From: Alphaproteobacteria bacterium | GTDB lineage: Bacteria; Pseudomonadota; Alphaproteobacteria; SP197 | DNA: 64,000 bases | NCBI GenBank assembly: GCA_965228895.1 | Contig: OZ245842.1 | Coordinates: 4,352,001 to 4,416,000 of the forward strand | Direction of reading: 5' to 3' | Shown: in pieces, positions 9,901-17,628 of the stretch | Position numbering within the stretch: position 1 is the first letter of the stretch | Layout of the letters: every line of letters begins with the position of its first letter | Position numbers and translations under genes: made by a program | The notes under the pieces: model-generated | Told to the model about the DNA's origin: nothing | The model's input: the letters and a program-made list of their open reading frames with translations, nothing else | Database searches by the model: none

Positions 9901-10443
9901 GGCGGTGCGGAACGTGCGCCGGATTCGCCCCTTGGCCCGTCCGGCGGCAAAGCCGCGGCGCGTGGCCGAATCATTCACCGACTCTTGGAACGCCTGCCCG
10001 ATATCCCGCCGGACCGGCGCGCGGATGCCGGCAAGCGCCTGCTGGATTATCTCGCGCGTGACTGGCCAACGGCAGACAAAGCAGACGCGCTTGCCTCGGT
10101 CATCGAGATCCTGGACGATCCGGCCTTCGGCGCCCTGTTTGGCCCCGGAAGTCGGGCCGAGGTCCCGATCATCGGACGGGTTGGCGATCTGGTGATCGCG
10201 GGCCAGGTGGACCGCCTGATCGTTGGTGACGGCATGGTTGATATTGTCGACTACAAAACCAACCGGAAGCCGCCCAAGAATGTACAGACGGTGCCGGAAG
10301 CCTATTTGCGACAAATGGCCGCTTATCGGGCTGTTTTGCACCGAATTTACCCGGGTTTTGTGGTGAATTGCCTGCTTTTGTGGACTGCCGAACCGGTTAT
10401 GCAGGTGCTTCCACAAGACCTTCTGGATGCATACGCGCCATGA
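3949..10443 (+). CDS. addB-addA: Fused AddB-AddA double-strand-break repair nuclease/helicase (~2164 aa)
   Basis: The N-half is AddB (FTIAPG..F, PTRRA, AAGSTG, LSVTQ...RDPYAIYAR, KADRLE...IDYKTG). The C-half is AddA (ASAGTGKT, CLTFTRAAAAEM, VDEAQDT, VGDEKQSIF, TVHGAKGL, LYVALTRAE, GQVDRL...DYKT). There is no stop between them. Confidence 0.9.
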   Translation: MAAKLFTIAPGTSFVDALAAGLLERHRDAPERLGETLILVPTRRATRALQEAFVRQSDGAALILPSMQPLGDVDEDDLIADLLEMGDDAIDLPPAIPVLQRQLLLTSLVRRAGAQVGAGNDEQAARLARDLAHLLDEVETAELDFDALEGLVEGDLARHWQTTLAFLRIITEQWPQILNERGLVDPAQRRSALIDALAKRWSQNPPTTPVIAAGSTGTIPATARLMATILSLPEGAVVVPGLDRHLSAEAWAAVDDTHPQAAIKTLLDHFDKAPADVADWPYPETAQVPRGDAGRAALLSDAMQPATATTAWQRLDPAADNVFDGLSLIVCAHQREEAQIAALTMRHVLLTPGKTAALVTRDRDLARRTAAELKRWGIEVDDSAGTPLAESVPGTFLRLIAEVAVERAAPIPLLALLKHPLAALGREPAQLRAQTRHIERLALRGPRPGSGLSGLRAALTRQPVDAELVALVDDLAEAFAPLEAALANRRGSLAAMVEAHIACAERLAARDNAAGADVLWAGDAGEAAHRFVQELLDQAGILAGAEGNTYAGLFTTLMQGHVVRPRFGRHPRLFIWGPLEARMQHADLVLIGGLSEGSWPPEIPADPWMSRPMRTAFGLPPQERRIGQAAHDFAQAAAGGEVVMLRSDKIAGSPAVPARWLMRLETLLDAWGKRHLLDQNAGLWRARAALIDRPALIEPARPPEPAPPVADRPRRLSVTQVDTWLRDPYAIYARFVLGLKALDALDEDPAAAERGTFVHEALDRFVKAWPDALPDDALDQLLAIGRDVLGPTLSQPAVAGFWWPRFERAAAWFIEQEKARRHELTAIVTESKAELSLAAPAGPFTLSAKADRLERRADGTVGVIDYKTGTAPSTKVLKAGGAPQLPLEAAMIREGAFVDLPERTIAALEHWQLQGGEPPGQIKRLAGSEADDLAAESLDNLSDLVARFDEAETAYLDHPDGADARAYDDYLLVARTDEHRLGAESALPDLKVAPPSRETVTLMPADSVQRLLSDPETSVWVAASAGTGKTKVLTDRVLRLLLKGVAADRILCLTFTRAAAAEMAVRIQRSLGAWATLNEPDLATALEGLTGQPPDEETLIRARTLFAATLDTPGGLQIATIHAFCQSLLGRFPLEARVAPHFDLADERTAAELLRDARDRVLSAIARGGDDALSQALAVVAANAAEGTFDSIIQEICSGAGRFDACLARHGGLDGTLNAVADALGVARDTDAEQVLRQAATTGALDEPGLRQAVTAMEAGKTTDKKAASLIGEWLTGDDDARVAGFADYCLAFLTKEGTPRANLPTKDVAAASPAAAKAFATEQARLIGIADTLKAVHVLQRTAAVLRLGHAVLERFRDNKTRRALLDYDDLINQTNALLGQPDITPWVLYKLDGGIDHVMVDEAQDTSPAQWQIVIELVREFFEGETWDDDVRTLFVVGDEKQSIFSFQGADLDALRSVHDRLEALARGEQGRWREDDLNRSFRSVSAVLTVVDKVFENAGARAGVVDDGAMLEHLVQRAGQGGLVELWPVVGDLDDDVPDPWQAPLGYHEPEDRSTRLAREIAATIYSWIERDEMLASKGRPITAGDIMVLVPRRTRFVHALVRELKHKNVAVAGVDRMDLTGQIAVRDLMMLGYACLMPEDDLALAAVLKGPLADFDDDLLYVLARNRQGWTRDGRGDEPLESLWAALRRRANDDAVFRTAHDWFANQLAHADFERPFEFYSRILSQSCPAPRGDMVGRRLSGREAMLRRLGIEAEDPLDEFLAASLEYEREHTASLQGFLAWLEAGSAEIKREMEARHDMVRIMTVHGAKGLQAPIVFLVDDMATRPPRTDNLVWLDGGSLPLWPGSAGKRDRVSDDAIDERNARQDEERRRLLYVALTRAEDRLYVTAASSTGESKADSWHGMVAAGMAEIAEPFDFEASGDPAWTGQAWRYQTSQAAPTAARPGRPDDGDIAANLEAELLAAPTVERDTERPINPSRLGGAERAPDSPLGPSGGKAAARGRIIHRLLERLPDIPPDRRADAGKRLLDYLARDWPTADKADALASVIEILDDPAFGALFGPGSRAEVPIIGRVGDLVIAGQVDRLIVGDGMVDIVDYKTNRKPPKNVQTVPEAYLRQMAAYRAVLHRIYPGFVVNCLLLWTAEPVMQVLPQDLLDAYAP

Positions 10444-10465
10444 CCGCGACGCGGGGACGTGCCGG

Positions 10466-10494
10466 TTGACGCACCCCCATCCGGTTCCTAGATT
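10466..10494 (+). promoter_or_regulatory. Putative sigma70 promoter of trxA
   Basis: TTGACG-17 nt-TAGATT. Confidence 0.55.
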
Positions 10495-10555
10495 CTGGGG
10501 TCAGCGAGCGCCCTCAGAAGGCGAACCGCCGCATTGAACAGGAGATTTGCCGAAT

Positions 10556-10873
10556 ATGACCCAACATGTCACCGACGACTCCTTCGAGACCGATGTCTTG
10601 AAGTCCGAAGGGCCGGTCTTGGTCGATTTCTGGGCCGAATGGTGTGGACCGTGCAAGCAGATCGCCCCGGCGTTGGAGGATCTCTCCAGCGAGATGGGCG
10701 ACCGCGTTCGCGTGGTCAAAGTGAACATTGACGAAAATCCGATGACCCCCTCGAAGTACGGCGTCCGCGGCATCCCGACGATGATGCTGTTCAAGGACGG
10801 CGAGGTCAGCGCCATGAAGGTCGGCGCCATGCCGAAGAGCAAGATCTTCGAATGGGTCGAACAATCGATCTAA
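10556..10873 (+). CDS. trxA: Thioredoxin
   Basis: WAEWCGPCK active site; AGGAG upstream. Confidence 0.97.
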   Translation: MTQHVTDDSFETDVLKSEGPVLVDFWAEWCGPCKQIAPALEDLSSEMGDRVRVVKVNIDENPMTPSKYGVRGIPTMMLFKDGEVSAMKVGAMPKSKIFEWVEQSI

Positions 10874-10910
10874 ACGATCTCGTAGAGATCGCGACAACCG
10901 CAACCAAGGA

Positions 10911-10950
10911 CGGCCCCGTCATGACACACAATCGGCGGGGCTGTTTCGTT
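10911..10950 (+). terminator. Possible intrinsic terminator after trxA
   Basis: GCCCCGTC...GGCGGGGC stem followed by TGTTTCGTT. Confidence 0.4.
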
Positions 10951-10967
10951 GTGCGTTTGGTGTCGAC

Positions 10968-12347
10968 ATGACAGGGCGCGTTCACACGGGCGGCGCCGAC
11001 GAGGTCGCGGCGTTTCTGGAGCGTTATCCGGAGACCCGCTGGGTCGATGCGATCATTCCCGACCTCTGCGCCATCCCGCGTGGCAAGCGGCTCGACGTTT
11101 CCGGTCTGACGAAGGTCTTTGAATCAGGCATGGGTCTGCCCGGTTCGACGTACGTCATGAACATTCTGGGCGAGAACGTCGACAGCACCGGGCTCGGACC
11201 ACCGGACGGCGATCCAGATTACCCGTGTTTCGGCGTGCCCGGCACGCTGGCACCGGTGCCGTGGGTCGGGCCGGAGCAGGCCCAGGTGCTGATGACCATG
11301 CACAATGACGCCGGTGAACCCTATTGGCTCGACCCGCGCGTCATCGCCGGGCGCATGGTCGATCAGGTTGCCGCGCTCGGCTACAACCCCGTCGTCGCGA
11401 TCGAATTGGAATTCTACCTGATCGACCCGGAGACCGACGAGCTCGGCCGTCCCAAGCTTGCCCGCTCGCCCTTGACCGGCAAGCGTCCGCGCGAAACCCA
11501 GGTCTATCTGATGGACGAGCTCGACGCCTACGCGCCGGTCTTGAACGACATCATCGATACCTGCCGCCAGCAGAACGTGCCGGCCGATGTCGCGACCATC
11601 GAATACGCGCCCGGCCAATTCGAGATCAACCTGAACCACGTCGCCGACCCGGTCGCCGCGTGCGACCACGCTTTCTTGATGAAACGCGCAGTCAAGGGCG
11701 TCGCCGCGCGCCATGGCCTGGTCGCGACCTTCATGGCGCGGCCGTTCCGCAAGACCTCGACCAGCGGCACGCACATTCATTTGAGCCTGTTGGACGACGA
11801 CGGCAAGAACGTGTTCGACGACGGTGGCAAGGATGGCACCGATCTGTTGCGCCACGCCATCGGCGGGCTGGCCGAAACCATGGCCGAAGCCATGCCGATC
11901 TGGGCGCCCAACGCCAACTCCTACCGGCGTATCAGCCCGGTCGGCTGGGTGCCGCTGGCGCCGACCTGGGGCTACAACAACCGTTCCGTGGCGATCCGCG
12001 TGCCCAGCGGCGAGCCGAAGTCACGCCGCCTGGAACACCGTCCCGCCGGTGCCGACGCCAATCCCTACCTCGTCATGGCGGCCACCCTCGCCGGTGTGCA
12101 CCACGGTCTGACCAACAAGGTCGATCCCGGCGAGGCGATCGTTGGCGACGCCGCCCAGCAGGTGCCGCCCAGCCTGCCCGCAATCTGGGTCGACGCGCTG
12201 CGCCGCTTCGACGAGGCCAAGATCCTGCCCGGCTACTTCGGCGCGGAGTACTGGGACATCTACAGCAAGATCCGTTGGTCGGAGTTCCACGAGTTCAACG
12301 ACCACATCTCCGCGCTCGAATACGACCGCTTCCTGCGTCTGGTTTGA
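10968..12347 (+). CDS. Glutamine synthetase-like gamma-glutamyl-amine ligase (PuuA/PauA-like)
   Basis: ELEFYL, EYAPGQFEIN, GTHIHLS, NSYRR, WGYNNRSVAIRVP and RLEHRPAGADANPY. Confidence 0.85.
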   Translation: MTGRVHTGGADEVAAFLERYPETRWVDAIIPDLCAIPRGKRLDVSGLTKVFESGMGLPGSTYVMNILGENVDSTGLGPPDGDPDYPCFGVPGTLAPVPWVGPEQAQVLMTMHNDAGEPYWLDPRVIAGRMVDQVAALGYNPVVAIELEFYLIDPETDELGRPKLARSPLTGKRPRETQVYLMDELDAYAPVLNDIIDTCRQQNVPADVATIEYAPGQFEINLNHVADPVAACDHAFLMKRAVKGVAARHGLVATFMARPFRKTSTSGTHIHLSLLDDDGKNVFDDGGKDGTDLLRHAIGGLAETMAEAMPIWAPNANSYRRISPVGWVPLAPTWGYNNRSVAIRVPSGEPKSRRLEHRPAGADANPYLVMAATLAGVHHGLTNKVDPGEAIVGDAAQQVPPSLPAIWVDALRRFDEAKILPGYFGAEYWDIYSKIRWSEFHEFNDHISALEYDRFLRLV

Positions 12348-12401
12348 GGCGCTGCCCCGCTGTCAGATCGCACAAGCGATCCGACAGCCCCAATCAAGAC
12401 A

Positions 12402-12728
12402 TCAGCCTTTTTCGAGGTAGGGAATGGTACCCGCCACATCGGTATTGTCGATGATGCGGAAGCGGCTCTCCGTCCCCTCTTGCCGGGCTTTGGCGTAGGG
12501 CGCGTATTCGGGATCATTCACGAAAGCATCGGCCGCTTCGCGTGTCGGAAACTCAAGAATGGCGATCAGCGTAGTCTCAAGCGGCTCGCCTTCCACGGGC
12601 GTGATGTTGGCGCTTCGGGCCAGGTACTTGCCGCCATGTTTATGCACGATGTCATGCACGTTGGCTGCGTAGTCGGGAATCCAGGCATCGTCGGTTACCA
12701 GAACGTCGGCGATCAGATATGCGGTCAT
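12402..12728 (-). CDS. DUF1330 family protein
   Basis: MTAYLIADV...HKHGGKYLAR...ILEFP...YAPY..AR pattern; AAGGGAG upstream. Confidence 0.85.
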   Translation of the reverse strand: MTAYLIADVLVTDDAWIPDYAANVHDIVHKHGGKYLARSANITPVEGEPLETTLIAILEFPTREAADAFVNDPEYAPYAKARQEGTESRFRIIDNTDVAGTIPYLEKG

Positions 12729-12811
12729 TCTCTTTACTCCCTTTATGTCTGTACCTTCGGGCATCGAGGCCCACGGCGACGTCGAGCATGGCGCCTCGGG
12801 CTCCATGTCAT

Positions 12812-12854
12812 CCAGTCTAGAAGGTGAGACCGACCGGTACAGCATCTGTACTGG
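12812..12854. promoter_or_regulatory. Palindromic operator (plus a degenerate second copy) between the divergent DUF1330 and HxlR genes
   Basis: CCGGTACAG-CAT-CTGTACTGG at 12834-12854; a related CCAGTCTAG half-site starts 22 bp upstream. Confidence 0.55.
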
Positions 12855-12912
12855 ATGCCGGCAACCGTTCCACCTATCTTTTCCCTCACTCATCGAACGT
12901 AGGGGGTAAGTC

Positions 12913-13605
12913 GTGGCACAGCCCGGTTACAAACAATTCTGCCCTGTCGCCATGGCTGCCGAGGTGCTTTGCACCAGGTGGACCATGGTGCTGGTGCGCG
13001 AACTGATTGCCGGATCGACCAGGTTCAACGATCTGCGCCGCGGCGTGCCGAAAATGTCACCGTCTTTGCTGTCGCAGCGTCTGAAGGAACTCGAAAGCGC
13101 CGGGATCGTCGAGCGCAGGCCTATGATCGGCGACAGGTCCGTCATGGCGTACCACCTGACGGAGGCCGGCAAGGATCTGCGGGCGGTCGTCGAATCGATG
13201 GGCATGTGGGGCCAGCGGTGGGTGGAATCCCAACTTACCCTGAAGAACCTCGACCCCTCCCTCCTGATGTGGGATATGCGCCGCAACCTGGATCCCACGC
13301 CCCTTCCGAGCCGGCGTTCGGTGGTTCAGTTTCTGTATCCCGAACTTCCCGCTTCGAAACGCGACTGGTGGCTGGTCATCGAGCCGACCGGCGAGGTCGA
13401 CCTGTGCTGGGCCGATCCCGGCTTTGATATCGATCTCTTCGTCACCACGGACCTTAGAACGATGACGGCGATCTGGATGGGTCTAACCACCGTTCGCGAC
13501 GAAGGCGACCGCATCGACGTTCACGGCGACAAGCAACTCGCGTCGACCATGCAGACATGGCTTGGGCTCAGCCCCTTCGCCATCGAGGCAAAGCGTGTCG
13601 CCTAG
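12913..13605 (+). CDS. HxlR-family wHTH transcriptional regulator with an SCP2-like C-terminal domain
   Basis: YKQFCPVAMAAEVL..RWT, RFNDLRRGVP.MS..LLSQRLKELE and LLMWDMRR. Confidence 0.9.
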   Translation: MAQPGYKQFCPVAMAAEVLCTRWTMVLVRELIAGSTRFNDLRRGVPKMSPSLLSQRLKELESAGIVERRPMIGDRSVMAYHLTEAGKDLRAVVESMGMWGQRWVESQLTLKNLDPSLLMWDMRRNLDPTPLPSRRSVVQFLYPELPASKRDWWLVIEPTGEVDLCWADPGFDIDLFVTTDLRTMTAIWMGLTTVRDEGDRIDVHGDKQLASTMQTWLGLSPFAIEAKRVA

Positions 13606-14213
13606 CGTGTCGCGATCGCAACGCCTGAGCCGATCAGGATTGTACCCGTAACCTGCTGCAGGCGCCGCATGGCTTTGGCCGACGCCAGGAGACGGCGCGC
13701 CCGGTCGACCAGAAGGACCGCGGTGCCGTAGATCAGAAAGGACACGCCAGCAACAATAGCCGCAAGCAAAAGGAAGTCACCCACGCCGACCTTTGCCATG
13801 TTGATCAATGTCGGCAACAAGGCGCCAAAGAACAGGATCGCCTTGGGGTTACCCAGCGTGGCCAGCAGACCAAGCGCGATGTCGCGCCACAGTGCGCTGG
13901 ACCCACGGGCCTGGACCGCAACCGTGCCCTCCTTACCGGTGATGGCGCGGTAGCCGCGCCAGATCAGATAGGCGGCACCGGCGTACTTCACGATTTCGAA
14001 CAGCGGCCCCATGGTTGTCGCAATCGCCAGCAGGCCAACAAACGCGACACTTAGGAAGATGGCATCAGCCAACGCAAGTCCGGTGATAACCGCAAAGCCC
14101 GCCCTGGCACCGCCGCCAAGCGTGCGCGACACGACGATCGCGAGGCCCGGACCGGGCAGCAGTGTCCATAAGAACATGCTCACAGCAAAGACGATCAGAT
14201 CTGCAAACAGCAT
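13602..14213 (-). CDS. LysE/RhtB family exporter
   Basis: LPGPG, KYAGAAYL and NPKAILFF; about six TM helices. Confidence 0.9.
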   Translation of the reverse strand: MLFADLIVFAVSMFLWTLLPGPGLAIVVSRTLGGGARAGFAVITGLALADAIFLSVAFVGLLAIATTMGPLFEIVKYAGAAYLIWRGYRAITGKEGTVAVQARGSSALWRDIALGLLATLGNPKAILFFGALLPTLINMAKVGVGDFLLLAAIVAGVSFLIYGTAVLLVDRARRLLASAKAMRRLQQVTGTILIGSGVAIATR

Positions 14214-14378
14214 GGCATCGCGTTTCCTTTCGGGATGTCATGACAGGCCGCGGGTCAGCTTGTCCATGACAAAGGGTCTGTTGCGTTTTATCGGGTAGTC
14301 GCGGCGGCCGGGGCATCAATTGGGATCGACCGCGAGATTGGCAGGCGTTGGGAGGCCGCCAGGTGGAGGCGTAGGGCG

Positions 14379-14651
14379 ATGGAGGCAGATCCGAACATCC
14401 AGGTGGCGTGGATTATGGCGCTTTTCGCCGCCATCCCGGTCGTGACGGCCGTCGCGTTGCATTGGCTGAGCCAGCATTCGCCGCTCACCCCGGCGCTGGC
14501 GTCCTATTCGGGCGTGGTCCCACCGTTCTTTGTCTCGGTCGCTCTTATGTTTGGCCTGCTCGCCCCGTTCCTGGCGGCCGAAACATGGGAGCGAGTCAAC
14601 GACAGCAGCCACAGTCTGGAGCACGAGGGTGTAACGAGCCAGGCACCATGA
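14379..14651 (+). pseudogene. Truncated membrane protein resembling the N-terminus of DUF4239 proteins
   Basis: Two TM segments with GVVPPFF..VALMFGLL..FLA..TW; it stops at 90 aa just before the convergent GST. Confidence 0.45.
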
Positions 14652-14669
14652 GGTCTGTAGGGGACAGGA

Positions 14670-15365
14670 TTAGATGCCCCAGGGATTGTAAAAAGCTCTG
14701 TCATTCGGCACTGCGACGCGCGGGTCGACTTTCGCGCCGTCGCAAGCAATGCCAAAGACATAGGGCCTGCTGTCGGATGTCAGATACGCGTTGACCGGCG
14801 GGATCGATTCGACGCGCGCACGCAAGTTCGACAGGTCACGAAAAGAACGGAGCACGTCGGGAAAGAAGGCATCGACTTCATCCAGATAACTGAATGCAAG
14901 GAAGTCGACATGAGTCGGCGTGTCGCCAACGCAATAGTCCGGCTGGCGACCATCGCGACGCAGCCATTTCTGGAGGTTCTCGAGCGTTGGCTGCAACGTC
15001 TCCGCAGCGTAGTCACGCGTCGTGTTCCGCCAACCATCGACCCACGCGAAGCGCCAGAGGTCTTCCTGCGCCTCGGCCAGAACTTCCTGGGTGATATCCA
15101 ACAGGGTGTTCCGCGTCTCGTCACGGCCGAGCCAGCCGGCGGCGCGTGCGAGGTGTCGCAGAATGGCGTGGCATTGGGAAAGCTTTACGGTCGCGCTCTC
15201 GAAGATCGGCAGCCCGCCAAAATCGGTTTGCGGCCTCAACGCATCCCACGCATCCGCGGTCATGATGCGCCGGTCTTCGAAGTCGACCTTCATGGCATGG
15301 AGCGTCAGGCGGATGGCCTCGGCACGGCCTCGCATGTCGAAATAGATGAGGCGTTCCCGCGCCAT
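14670..15365 (-). CDS. Glutathione S-transferase, Tyr-type N-terminus
   Basis: LIYFDMRGRAEAIRL, FGGLP, LSQCHAILRHLAR and VGDTPTHVDF N-capping box. Confidence 0.88.
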   Translation of the reverse strand: MARERLIYFDMRGRAEAIRLTLHAMKVDFEDRRIMTADAWDALRPQTDFGGLPIFESATVKLSQCHAILRHLARAAGWLGRDETRNTLLDITQEVLAEAQEDLWRFAWVDGWRNTTRDYAAETLQPTLENLQKWLRRDGRQPDYCVGDTPTHVDFLAFSYLDEVDAFFPDVLRSFRDLSNLRARVESIPPVNAYLTSDSRPYVFGIACDGAKVDPRVAVPNDRAFYNPWGI

Positions 15366-15407
15366 CGCGTGATCATACAATGGAGCCGGCGTCCCGGTAC
15401 AACAGCG

Positions 15408-16718
15408 TCAGGACGAAAGCGCCGGGGCCTGCCTTGCCGCGTCGGCCGTCAAAACTCTGCCAGCGAGATAAAGCGAGCCGCAGAGCAGAACGCGCGAGGG
15501 ACCGTCCTTGGCGAGTTCCCTGATGGCATCTTCAATTCCGGCGCCGACGCGGGCATCGATGCCGACATAGTTCAGGATATCGGCTGCCTCTTCGCCCGGC
15601 AGCGTGTTCTTTTCGCCCGGAATCGAGAGACAGACGGCGTGGCGCACGTATGGCGCCAGAGGCCGTGCAAAGCCGGCAGGGTCCTTGGTGATCATCATGC
15701 CGACCACAAGATCCAGCGGGCGGTCGTCCCAGTGCTGGCAGACATCCGCCAACGCCTGGCCCGCAGACGGGTTGTGGCCACCGTCGAGCCATAGCTCGAC
15801 ATCGGGTCCAGCAAGCTTTGTCAGGCTGCCGTCGGCAAGTCGTTGCAGGCGGGCCGGCCACACGACGTCGCGCAGGCCCACCGCCACATCGTCCCGGCTG
15901 ATGGTGAAACCCTTCAGGTGCCGCAGGCAGGCGATGGCCGTTGCCGCATTGTCGGCCTGATGGGCGCCGACCAGTCCCGGCAGCGGCAGCCTCCATGTGT
16001 CCGTCGCATCACGGTAGACAAGCTGGCCGGCCCCAACCGTTACATAAAAATCTCGGTCGCGGACGATCGTGGCAGCCCCGATATCGCCTGCCCGCTCCTC
16101 CATGACTGCGAGGGCCGCCGGCGGCTGGGGGCCGATGACCACGGGCACGCCAGGCTTGATGATACCCGCCTTCTCGCCGGCGATCGCTTCGATGGTATCG
16201 CCCAGGAAGTGCTGGTGATCCAACGCAATTGGCGTGATCGCGGTCAGCAGTGGCTGATCGACGACGTTGGTCGCGTCAAGGCGTCCGCCCAGACCGGTTT
16301 CCATCAGCAGGATATCGGCGGGCTCACGCGAAAACGCGAGGAAGGCAGCGGCGGTCGTGATCTCGAAGAACGTGATGGGCTCGCCACCATTGGCCTGTTC
16401 GCACTCGTCCAACAGGTCGGCCAGATCAGGCTCGGCAATGGCCTTACCGTTGATCTCGATACGTTCGTGGAACCGCATGAGATGGGGCGAGGTATAGACA
16501 TGCACCCGGTAGCCGGCAGCAAGCAGGGCGCGCCGCATGTAAGCAATCAGCGATCCCTTGCCGTTGGTGCCGGCAACGTGGATCACCGGCGGCAGATCGA
16601 GATGCGGGTTACCGAGCGCGTCGAGCACCCGGTAGAGGCGGTCCAGCGAAAGATCGATCAGCTTGGGATGCAGTTCCAGCAGCCGATCGAGCAGGACGTC
16701 ACTGGTCGGCTTGGACAC
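15408..16718 (-). CDS. folC: Folylpolyglutamate synthase/dihydrofolate synthase
   Basis: HVAGTNGKGS, YTSPHL, ETGLGGRLDATN and LDGGHN. Confidence 0.97.
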   Translation of the reverse strand: MSKPTSDVLLDRLLELHPKLIDLSLDRLYRVLDALGNPHLDLPPVIHVAGTNGKGSLIAYMRRALLAAGYRVHVYTSPHLMRFHERIEINGKAIAEPDLADLLDECEQANGGEPITFFEITTAAAFLAFSREPADILLMETGLGGRLDATNVVDQPLLTAITPIALDHQHFLGDTIEAIAGEKAGIIKPGVPVVIGPQPPAALAVMEERAGDIGAATIVRDRDFYVTVGAGQLVYRDATDTWRLPLPGLVGAHQADNAATAIACLRHLKGFTISRDDVAVGLRDVVWPARLQRLADGSLTKLAGPDVELWLDGGHNPSAGQALADVCQHWDDRPLDLVVGMMITKDPAGFARPLAPYVRHAVCLSIPGEKNTLPGEEAADILNYVGIDARVGAGIEDAIRELAKDGPSRVLLCGSLYLAGRVLTADAARQAPALSS

Positions 16719-17628
16719 GCGTGCCTGACCCTTCTTCGGGATCGTTGGCGGGACTGGGCAAAGCCGGCGCCGGTTCGCCGCGCCCGGCCATCAAGAGCCG
16801 CAGCAAGGTCGCCAGCCGCTCTCGCATCTCCGCGCGCGGCACGACCATGTCGAGCATGCCATGCTCCAGAAGGTATTCGGCGCGCTGGAAACCTTCCGGC
16901 AGGGTTTCGCGAATGGTCTCCTCGATCACCCGCTGCCCGGCGAAACCGATAATGGCGCCGGGTTCAGAAATCGCGATGTCGCCGATCATGGCGAAGGATG
17001 CGGTGACGCCGCCCGTCGTCGGGTTGGTCAAAACGGCGATATAGGGCAGCCGCGCCTCCTTCAGTTCGGAGATGGCAGCCGTCGTGCGCGCCATCTGCAT
17101 CAACGACAAGATACCTTCCTGCATGCGCGCGCCGCCGGACGCGGTAAAGATGATATAGGGGCTTTCCTGCAGGACAGCCAGGCGCGCGCCGGCGACAACC
17201 GCCTCGCCGACAGCGGCGCCCATGGAACCGCCCATGAAGTCGAAGTTGAAGACGGCGCTGACCGCGTGAACGCCGTCGATTTCGCCGTGGGCGACAATGA
17301 TCGCGTCTTTCTCGCCGGTCTTCGATTGCGCATCGCGCAGGCGTTCGGAATAGCGTTTGCGGTCGCGAAAGCGCAGGGGATCGGCTTCGACCTCTGGCAG
17401 CTCGATGCGGGTGTATTCGCCGTTGTCGTATAGGTTCGCAAGGCGCGCCTGGGGATCGATGCGCATGTGGAACCCACAATGGGGACAGACATGCATCGCC
17501 GCTTCGAGATCGCGGTGAAACACCATCTGCTCACACTGCGGGCACTTGTCCCACAGGTTCTCCGGCGTGTCCGCCTTGCGAACGAGATCGCGGATCTTCG
17601 GCAGCGACAGGTTTGAAAGCCAGCTCAT
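16699..17628 (-). CDS. accD: Acetyl-CoA carboxylase carboxyltransferase beta subunit
   Basis: CPQC...CPHC zinc finger, [16 protein letters not shown] and PTTGGVTAS. Confidence 0.97.
   Translation of the reverse strand: MSWLSNLSLPKIRDLVRKADTPENLWDKCPQCEQMVFHRDLEAAMHVCPHCGFHMRIDPQARLANLYDNGEYTRIELPEVEADPLRFRDRKRYSERLRDAQSKTGEKDAIIVAHGEIDGVHAVSAVFNFDFMGGSMGAAVGEAVVAGARLAVLQESPYIIFTASGGARMQEGILSLMQMARTTAAISELKEARLPYIAVLTNPTTGGVTASFAMIGDIAISEPGAIIGFAGQRVIEETIRETLPEGFQRAEYLLEHGMLDMVVPRAEMRERLATLLRLLMAGRGEPAPALPSPANDPEEGSGTRVQADQ

Noticed and set aside
7753-10416. 887-aa antisense ORF (and similar long ones, e.g. 18539-20059, 43116-44795, 59576-61066)
   Set aside because: These are shadow ORFs opposite well-supported genes, expected from high-GC codon bias, and have no recognisable motifs.
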